Origin: Candidatus Binatia bacterium
Lineage (GTDB): Bacteria; Desulfobacterota; Binatia; Bin18
NCBI GenBank assembly: GCA_963666315.2
Contig: CAXXHG010000025.1
Span: 1 to 13,511, forward strand
DNA length: 13,511 nt
Reading direction: 5' to 3'
Within the stretch, counting starts at the first letter, position 1. Each line of letters starts with the position of its first letter. The notes under the pieces were generated by a model that worked only from the letters and a program-made list of their open reading frames with translations, did not search any database and was not told where the DNA came from. Shown in pieces: positions 6,960-13,511 of this stretch. Both the position numbers and the translations under genes were made by a program.

Positions 6960-8026
6960 ACCGAGTGCACGGAGTGTTGCAGCTGCATTTCCTCTGCTTC
7001 CACCACCTGTCTCGCAATACTACAAAATTCCTGGGCAACCGGGTGCTCAGGGTCAGCAACAATAATCGGCTTGCCCGCATCACCCCCAATCCGGACCTCT
7101 TCTACAAGGGGGATTTCGCCCAGGACTTTGAGTCCCGTCTTCTGCGCGCCGCCATGGCCGAATACGTCTTCTTTCTCCTGGCACACCGGACACTGGTAGA
7201 AACTCATATTCTCAATCACGCCAAGAATCGGCACCTTGACTTGATTAAACATGGCGATGCCCCGTTGGACATCAAGCAACGCCACATCCTGTGGAGTGGT
7301 CACAATGACGCCACCGTGCAGCGGAACCTCCTGGGTGAGCGTTAGTGCAATATCGCCGGTCCCTGGCGGGAGATCCACCACCAAATAGTCCAACTCGCCC
7401 CAGATGACGTCGCGCAGGAACTGACGAACAATACCCATGACAATCGGGCCACGCCAAATTGCCGGAGATTCATCGTCGAGAAAAAATCCCATGGAAATGA
7501 GGCTCACCCCATACTTTTCGACCGGATAAATCTTCTTGTCTTGGCCAGCACGCGGCGTTGCCTCAGCGCCCATCATGAGTGGGACACTCGGCCCGTAGAT
7601 ATCTGCATCCAAAAGACCGACCGTATTCCCCAACGAACCCAGCGCCAACGCCAGGTTCACCGCAACGGTCGATTTCCCGACCCCGCCCTTTCCGCTGGCC
7701 ACGGCAAGAATCCGCTGGACGCCCGGAATATCGGCTCGCTCTCGAACGGCTGGGTTGCCAGCTTTACCGGATGGGCCTTGCCCCACCTGAGGAGCGACTG
7801 CGTGTATATGGACGTGCTCGATCCCTGGCAGCCGGGTAAGCTCTTGCGTGATGCGTCCACGCAGATGTCGCAGGACCTCTTCTTTCATGCTGCTCGCCCG
7901 GATCTGAATGACAACGCTGTCCGCTTGGACCTCGACCTTGCCAACCAGCCCGAGTGTCACAATATCCCGCGGGGAGCCGGGATAGGAAATCTGCTTGAGT
8001 CGTTGGATAATGTCTTGTTCGCTCAC
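6956..8026 (-). CDS. mrp: Mrp/ApbC/NBP35-family Fe-S carrier ATPase with N-terminal DUF59-like domain (copy 2)
   Basis: VASGKGGVGKST, DADIYGPSVP, WRGP, DLPPGTGD, VTTPQ and ENMSFYQCPVC. Start moved from 8050 to GTG 8026, which has GAGGAG 9 nt upstream. Confidence 0.95.
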   Translation of the reverse strand: MSEQDIIQRLKQISYPGSPRDIVTLGLVGKVEVQADSVVIQIRASSMKEEVLRHLRGRITQELTRLPGIEHVHIHAVAPQVGQGPSGKAGNPAVRERADIPGVQRILAVASGKGGVGKSTVAVNLALALGSLGNTVGLLDADIYGPSVPLMMGAEATPRAGQDKKIYPVEKYGVSLISMGFFLDDESPAIWRGPIVMGIVRQFLRDVIWGELDYLVVDLPPGTGDIALTLTQEVPLHGGVIVTTPQDVALLDVQRGIAMFNQVKVPILGVIENMSFYQCPVCQEKEDVFGHGGAQKTGLKVLGEIPLVEEVRIGGDAGKPIIVADPEHPVAQEFCSIARQVVEAEEMQLQHSVHSV

Positions 8027-8280
8027 CGAAGGATACTCCTCAACCTGCACGTCAGGACTCGGTCGCCGTTCTGTCGCCCTCTATATAGACTACTCGGTGG
8101 GAGCTGCTTTAGGCTGCAGCAGGAAGCCACAGCAGACAAGCAGACGCATGTCTTGGTAGAAAAGAATTGTGAGTGTTTCTTCTGTTGATACAAGCCGTGG
8201 CGCCGCACCGTCGAAATCTTCTGTGCAAATTTTTTGTGAATATTTTTGGCCCAACCTGCAAACTCGCCCGATATTCCCAC

Positions 8281-8297
8281 TGGACGGTTTTGGTCAC
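8281..8297. promoter_or_regulatory. Possible third operator copy (TGGAC-N7-GTCAC) in the mrp leader
   Basis: tggacggttttggtcac has the same GAC-N7-GTC core, about 45-60 bp downstream of the predicted -10. Confidence 0.45.
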
Positions 8298-8342
8298 TAG
8301 GCTCTCATGGTCCTCGTGTTTTGTGGGAAGCTTGACCTTTTT

Positions 8343-8372
8343 AAAATAGACCTATAGCGTCCACATTGTCAA
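8343..8372 (-). promoter_or_regulatory. Sigma70-type promoter TTGACA-N18-TATTTT for the mrp-DUF971-mrp-fdx-FNR unit, with operator TAGAC-N7-GTCCA (8347-8363) in the spacer
   Basis: Perfect -35 at 8367-8372 (minus strand). 8338-8374 matches the iscU promoter 4143-4179 at 29/37 positions without gaps. Confidence 0.7.
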
Positions 8373-8426
8373 CCCCAAAAGGTCATGGGGTTACCCTGCC
8401 CACTCTATCCGAAAGAGATCTGTATT

Positions 8427-10199
8427 TTAAAAGGGCCACGCATAGGGGATACAGACCATGGAGACAACAAAAAGAATGATCTTGAGCGGGAGTCCGATCT
8501 TGATGAAATCAAGAAAACGATACCCTCCGGCTCCGTACACCATCAGGTTGGTATGGTAGCCAAGTGGGGAAGCGAAGCTGGAGGATGCAGCAACTGTCAC
8601 GGCAATGGCAAACGGTCTCGCATCCACCCCAAATTGGCGCGCAGCCTCGCAGGCAATAGGAAAAACAAGCACCACAGCTGCCGCGTTTGATATCACTTCC
8701 GAGAAGACCGACGTCGCCAGATAGACGGCGGCAAGCACGCCAATAGGGCCCAAGCCGGCACCCACATCCACCAATATTGAGGCCAGAACTTCTGCAGCCC
8801 CAGTTTTATCCACGGCTTTCCCAATACCAAATGCAGCAGCGATTAAGAGCAGGACCGACATGTCCACAACGCCACGCGTTTCCCCGATCGACAAGCAGCC
8901 CAACATGACAACAGTAGATGCAGCTAAAAGCGCTGCCGTCACCATAGGCAGGATACCCGCGGTGACAGTCACCACAAGCACGATCAAGACAAGCAGAGCG
9001 GGAACCGCTTTGTCATAGCGGGGCGGCGCACTATCGTGCACCTCAGACACTAAGTAAAAATCGGGAGAATTACGATACGCACGCGCGAATTCAGATGACG
9101 CCTCCAAGAGGAGGGTATCTCCTACGTGCAGAATAATATCGCCGATCTTTCCGCTGATCCGCTGTCCTCCGCGATGGACGGCGACAACCGCAGCACCATA
9201 ACGCGTTCGGAAGTTGGCATCCCGGATCGTACTCCCCATTAAGGGAGAATCCTCAGAAATAACGGCCTCGCTCAAATTCGCTCGTTCAAGAAAGTGCTCC
9301 CGACCATCCCGGTGCTCCCCAGAAGGAATCAGTCCTCGGATTTTCTGCAGATCAACAATGGTTGACACAACACCCGTAAACACCATCCGGTCGCCAACTT
9401 GAATGCGCTCTTGAGGTCCGACCGGAGCCACCATTTTTTCTACGCGCTCAATACTGATCAAAAACAGGCCGGGCAGATGGCGCAAGCCGGCCTGCTCCAC
9501 CCGCTGTCCAACTAGGGGACATTCTGTTGTGACCTCCAGCTCAACAAGATACTCTCGAGGGCTCTCCTCGATCTGCTCAATCAATCCTTTTCGATCAGGC
9601 AGTAGGTGCCAGCCAACAAACGTAATAAAGGTGAGGCCGACCAGAGCGCACGGGAGCCCGACTGCACTGAGTTCGAAAAAAGACAATCCCGGCATCCCAG
9701 CGTCTATCATCAAACTATTGCCGACTAAATTCGCCGAGGTCCCAATGAGCGTACAGGTACCGCCTAATATGGTCGCAAAGGAAAGCGGAATTAAAAAACG
9801 CGAAGGGGAGACGCCATGCCGTCGAGTCCAACCAACCACGACCGGAATGAACATGGCGACAATCGGTGTACTATTAAGAAATGCCGACGCTCCAGCAACA
9901 GGAATCATCATTCTCACCAGCGAGCGGCGCGCACTTTTAATTTGGCCAAAGATGCGTGTGGCTACAAATTCAAGAGCGCCGGTATGTTGGAGTGCGCCTG
10001 CAACTACAAACAGCGCCCCAATAGATACGATGCCGGAATTGGAAAAACCCACCAGGGCCTCTTCTGGAGTTAAGACACCGGCAGCAAGTAAAAGCGCCAC
10101 CAGACCCAGAAAAATCAAATCGGGAGCCAAGACTTCACGGATCAATGCCGCTATACCAAGCCCAGTGATCCCAAGAGTAAACCACGCTTCCCAACTCAT
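8427..10199 (-). CDS. SLC13/CitMHS-family permease with central TrkA-C domains (YfbS/SLT-like anion transporter)
   Basis: N-terminal TM block with SAFLNSTPIV and GGTCTLIGTSANL, soluble TrkA-C repeats (CPLVGQRVEQAGLR; SPLMGSTIRDANFRTRYGAAVVAVHRGG), C-terminal SNAA and SPLGYHTNLMVYGAGGYRFLDFIKIG. Start ATG 10199 preferred over GTG 10229. The substrate cannot be read from the sequence. Confidence 0.92.
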   Translation of the reverse strand: MSWEAWFTLGITGLGIAALIREVLAPDLIFLGLVALLLAAGVLTPEEALVGFSNSGIVSIGALFVVAGALQHTGALEFVATRIFGQIKSARRSLVRMMIPVAGASAFLNSTPIVAMFIPVVVGWTRRHGVSPSRFLIPLSFATILGGTCTLIGTSANLVGNSLMIDAGMPGLSFFELSAVGLPCALVGLTFITFVGWHLLPDRKGLIEQIEESPREYLVELEVTTECPLVGQRVEQAGLRHLPGLFLISIERVEKMVAPVGPQERIQVGDRMVFTGVVSTIVDLQKIRGLIPSGEHRDGREHFLERANLSEAVISEDSPLMGSTIRDANFRTRYGAAVVAVHRGGQRISGKIGDIILHVGDTLLLEASSEFARAYRNSPDFYLVSEVHDSAPPRYDKAVPALLVLIVLVVTVTAGILPMVTAALLAASTVVMLGCLSIGETRGVVDMSVLLLIAAAFGIGKAVDKTGAAEVLASILVDVGAGLGPIGVLAAVYLATSVFSEVISNAAAVVLVFPIACEAARQFGVDARPFAIAVTVAASSSFASPLGYHTNLMVYGAGGYRFLDFIKIGLPLKIILFVVSMVCIPYAWPF

Positions 10200-10291
10200 A
10201 CTGCTCGTATCCTTCTTCTCATCTGGCACATCCTCTAGCCGCTCTTCAAGGCAGGTCCGTATAAATGGCGCACGATAGCGCGTCGATCCCT

Positions 10292-10321
10292 ATAATACTA
10301 GGAACTCTCGACCTGCCTCAA
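10292..10321 (-). promoter_or_regulatory. Possible promoter for the SLC13 gene: TTGAGG-N18-TATTAT
   Basis: Moderate consensus match about 90 nt upstream of the start; no other support. Confidence 0.3.
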
Positions 10322-10664
10322 TACGATCGTCAAGAAGACCGTATTGAGTGCCTTGAGGGGGGGTATACTCGACATAAAGAGAGGGAGAATAAAAGAGAGT
10401 CGCGCTCTCTAGACTGTCAACGGAGCAAAGTCTTCGCACACGGCACATGTCACGCTGTTCGGACACAGCATGGCATAGGCCGTCAATAGGCACAGCGAAA
10501 GTGTCTCTATTCGGCGCAGTTGCATGACTTTCGTCTGCTCTCTTAAGGCTAGAATATAGTGTATGCAATTTTTATAAAAAAGAAAAGATTTTTAGCATGT
10601 CCAGCTGCCTTGCCGTCCTCATATTTTCAGGTCACAATGGCACAGGGCGGAAGAGGAGAGAGAC

Positions 10665-11252
10665 ATGCGGCGGAATTGGCGCGCACGACTGACACCGTTT
10701 CAGCAACGGATCTATGATCGCAGCACCACGATCGCAACCATTGAATTTGATCCAACACCGCAACTCTACGCTGCAGTGAAGACATTGTCTGGTGCCCTCG
10801 CTGTAGCAGAGCAGTCACGCGTAGCGACCCTGTCACAAACAATCGTCAATCACATCTGCTGGCGGCTGGGGGTGCACACGGTACAGGTCCGGGTACATGG
10901 GATACGTCCCTCAAACCGCCGTGGAGAGCTGCACGGACTCTATACGCAATACAGCGGCGGCAGCAAAAACGACTCGATTCAAGTATGGATGCGAACGGCG
11001 AAACGGCAGCAGACGGTCGCTTTTCGGACATTCTTGCGTACCCTCCTGCACGAAGTCTGCCATCATTTGGACTACACCTATTTCCATTTTCGAGAATCCT
11101 ACCACACGGAAGGCTTCTTCCAGCGCGAGTCGAGTCTTTTCAGAGCTTTGGTCGCCCCACCATCGCAGTCGCCACAGCCCCCGGCTCAATCTCTCTCCTC
11201 TCTGGTGAAGGAAATCCTTACCCCACAGGCAGTGCATCACCAAGACCAATAG
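10665..11252 (+). CDS. Hypothetical zincin-like (HEXXH) metalloprotein, SprT/Wss1-like motif arrangement
   Basis: SD GGAG before ATG. LHGLY...IQVW...TLLHEVCHHLDY followed by YHTEGFF (candidate third His). No signal peptide; Pro/Gln-rich tail. Confidence 0.75.
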   Translation: MRRNWRARLTPFQQRIYDRSTTIATIEFDPTPQLYAAVKTLSGALAVAEQSRVATLSQTIVNHICWRLGVHTVQVRVHGIRPSNRRGELHGLYTQYSGGSKNDSIQVWMRTAKRQQTVAFRTFLRTLLHEVCHHLDYTYFHFRESYHTEGFFQRESSLFRALVAPPSQSPQPPAQSLSSLVKEILTPQAVHHQDQ

Positions 11253-11274
11253 GACCAATAGGACTAATAAGACC
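11244..11274. repeat. Tandem repeat, about 3.4 x 9 bp (GACCAATAG)
   Basis: gaccaatag gaccaatag gactaataa gacc. The first unit supplies the TAG stop of the 10665 ORF. Confidence 0.85.
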
Positions 11275-11356
11275 GGCGCGCGGCATAGACGAGTAACGCC
11301 GCTGCAGCACAGGAACAAAAGGGACAACCCCATACGCCAATACGGCCGGCAGCCCT

Positions 11357-12069
11357 CTAGTTATGCCCCCGTGACATGCGTTGCTCGACTTCTCGGAGTC
11401 GGCGTTTGGCGTGCGGATTCCCCGGTTCATAGCGCAACACGTGGCACAGTTCCGCCGCAGTACGATACTTTTGACCCATCTGAGAGTACGTCCCGGCAAG
11501 TTCAAAATGCGCGCACGGACTCTCAGGACACTGCCGGAGTCCGCATAGCGTAGGCCTACACGATCCGCCTCCAACTCTTGGTCTTGTTTAAAGTGGTTCA
11601 GAAAGAGCTGGCCGAGCATCCCAGCTGCCAATCCTCCCCCAGGAAAAACGGCACTGGCCAAGCTACTCCCGATACTCAAGAGCGCATTATTCGTCGTCCC
11701 GCATGATGCATGTCCTTGCGCAATATGGTCCAGTTCGTGACCGAGAATTAGAGCTAATTCATCATCCGAACGTAAAAACTGTATCATTCCAAAGGAGACC
11801 ATAACTTTTCCATAGGTCGCCCCAGCGTTAATTGAAGCTTCTTCAGCGGCCAGGATAAATTGGACAAGGGGCGGTTGTGGGACAGACTCAAGCAAGCGGC
11901 GCGCAACCCGCTCGATCTGATCGACTTGCTGCTGGGAGCGGGCGTAGTCCTGCGGTGCGATGCGCCTCGACTCATGGGCAGTTTGGGCGGTGACCCGAGC
12001 GGCAACAATTCCATGAGTGGCGAAGAGACCACACAGAGCGATAGCACTCGCTACAATCCAGTGTCGCAT
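11357..12069 (-). pseudogene. M48-family metallopeptidase plus TPR (BepA/YfgC-like), internally deleted and frameshifted
   Basis: ATG 12069, signal-like N-terminus, INAGA, DDELALILGHELDH and QDQELEADRVGLRYA, after which similarity ends near 11544. A different frame (11542-11357) encodes a TPR-like tail GLRQCPESPCAHFELAGTYSQMG...VLRYEPGNPHAKRRLREVEQRMSRGHN*. Confidence 0.75.
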
Positions 12070-12089
12070 CCTGTCTTCCTTTTCCTTTG

Positions 12090-12098
12090 TGCTATAGT
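12090..12098 (+). promoter_or_regulatory. Possible extended -10 promoter (TGcTATAGT) for asnS
   Basis: Lies in the 71-bp divergent gap, about 40 nt upstream of asnS; no good -35. Confidence 0.35.
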
Positions 12099-12140
12099 GC
12101 ATCTCTCACACGCACACCACAACCCAAGAAAGGGATACGT

Positions 12141-13436
12141 ATGCCTGAGTGGGTTTATGTCCGAAATATTGCACAATGCGAAGGGCAAGAAGTTGAACTT
12201 CGCGGCTGGCTGTATAGCAAGCGCTCCAGCGGGAAATTGCATTTTCTTCAAGTCCGGGACGGCACAGGTACGATCCAATGTGTGCTGTTCAAAGGCGAAG
12301 TCTCTGACGAGATTTTTGCCTTAGGGCATACTCTGACCCAAGAATCTTCCGTCATTGTGAAGGGCACTGTGCGAGCCGATACTCGTTCTGCCATTGGATT
12401 TGAACTCGGCGTCACACATCTAGAGATCGCTCAGCAGGCCCACGACTATCCCATTACGCCCAAGGAGCATGGAGTTGCCTTTCTGTTGGATCATCGTCAT
12501 CTCTGGCTGCGCTCTGCGCGGCAGCATGCCCTGCTGCGCATCCGCAGTGAAGTCATCAAAGCCAGTCGGGACTACTTCGATGATCATGGTTTTACCCTCC
12601 TGGATGCCCCGATCTTTACGCCTGCCGCGTGTGAAGGCACGAGCACGCTTTTTCCGGTCGAGTATTTCGATGAGACAGTCTATCTCACCCAAAGTGGCCA
12701 GCTCTATATGGAAGCCGGCGCAATGGCGTTTGGCAAGGTCTACTGCTGTGGCCCAACCTTTCGCGCCGAGAAATCCAAAACGCGCCGTCATCTGACTGAG
12801 TTCTGGATGATTGAGCCCGAAGTTGCCTACTGCGACTTGAATGACGACATGGATCTGGCCGAAGACTTTCTTGAATCCGTCATTCAGCGTGTCCTGGCAC
12901 ACCGTCAGGTCGAGCTGAAAGCGCTTGAGCGCGACACCACAAAGCTGGCTCAGGTCAAGAAGCCGTTCCCGCGTATTAGCTACGGCGAGGCCATTGAACG
13001 ACTCCAAGCCAAAGGCGTCGATATTCAATGGGGAGACGACTTCGGCGGCAATGATGAGACCCTTTTGTCACAACAATTTGACCGTCCGGTCATGGTGCAT
13101 CGCTATCCCACAGAGAGCAAAGCCTTCTATATGAAGACCGATCCTAACGATGCAAAAGTCGCGCTGTGCATGGATGTCTTAGCGCCGGAAGGCTACGGCG
13201 AAATCATCGGCGGCGGACAGCGCGAAGATGACCTGTCCGTACTACAGGACAAGATCCGTGCGCAGGATCTGGCAGAAGAAACCTTCTCTTGGTACCTCGA
13301 CCTGAGACGCTACGGTTCCGTCCCCCATGCTGGTTTCGGCATGGGCATTGAGCGCATGGTCACCTGGCTGTGCGGCCTGCATCACGTGCGCGAATCGATT
13401 CCGTTTCCGAGGATGCTGGAGCGGGTGACACCATAG
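12141..13436 (+). CDS. asnS: Asparagine--tRNA ligase
   Basis: OB fold ([16 protein letters not shown]), [26 protein letters not shown], motif 2 [26 protein letters not shown] and motif 3 [18 protein letters not shown] 12141 with AAGGGA upstream. Confidence 0.97.
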   Translation: MPEWVYVRNIAQCEGQEVELRGWLYSKRSSGKLHFLQVRDGTGTIQCVLFKGEVSDEIFALGHTLTQESSVIVKGTVRADTRSAIGFELGVTHLEIAQQAHDYPITPKEHGVAFLLDHRHLWLRSARQHALLRIRSEVIKASRDYFDDHGFTLLDAPIFTPAACEGTSTLFPVEYFDETVYLTQSGQLYMEAGAMAFGKVYCCGPTFRAEKSKTRRHLTEFWMIEPEVAYCDLNDDMDLAEDFLESVIQRVLAHRQVELKALERDTTKLAQVKKPFPRISYGEAIERLQAKGVDIQWGDDFGGNDETLLSQQFDRPVMVHRYPTESKAFYMKTDPNDAKVALCMDVLAPEGYGEIIGGGQREDDLSVLQDKIRAQDLAEETFSWYLDLRRYGSVPHAGFGMGIERMVTWLCGLHHVRESIPFPRMLERVTP

Positions 13437-13511
13437 TTTCCTCTTCTTCAGATAGGATACGACTCGCCCCAGGACCGTGGACACTTCGTCTCGTCACAAG
13501 CGTTGCACGCG

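Noticed and set aside
8220-8250. Rex or CRP/FNR-like box (TTGTGAA)
   Set aside because: Only one half-site; there is no matching TTCACAA at the right spacing.
1169-10278. Many overlapping track ORFs (e.g. 1686-2228, 3430-3870, 6056-6571, 6693-7199, 7541-8188, 9529-10278)
   Set aside because: They lie antisense or out of frame to well-supported genes and show no family features.
10265-10568. Small ORFs 10265-10489 (+) and 10290-10568 (-)
   Set aside because: No SD, motif or composition support; the region looks like a divergent promoter gap, though a small gene cannot be excluded.
12420-13484. ORFs 12420-13028, 12469-12795, 12925-13134 and 13242-13484
   Set aside because: Shadow or alternative frames of asnS.

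Overview
Bacterial chromosomal window with mid-range GC and no mobile element. Positions 1-10199 form one long minus-strand run. In transcription order it contains: an SLC13/TrkA-C permease; a promoter followed by Mrp/ApbC-2, DUF971, Mrp/ApbC-1, an ISC-type [2Fe-2S] ferredoxin and an FNR-like flavoprotein; then a second promoter followed by iscU, a stand-alone second nuoB, an Rrf2 regulator, nuoA, nuoB, nuoC and nuoD (cut by the left edge). The right part holds a HEXXH zincin-like protein (+), an internally deleted and frameshifted M48 peptidase/TPR pseudogene (-), and asnS (+). The main point of interest is an Fe-S biogenesis module joined to the complex I operon. It has two divergent Mrp paralogues around a DUF971 (a split HCF101-like architecture), Fdx/FNR, IscU without iscS/hscAB, and an extra NuoB. 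Its two promoters are 29/37 identical and each carries a TRGAC-N7-GTCYA palindrome between -35 and -10, which suggests one Rrf2-controlled regulon. All calls come from motif recognition by eye; no database searches were run.
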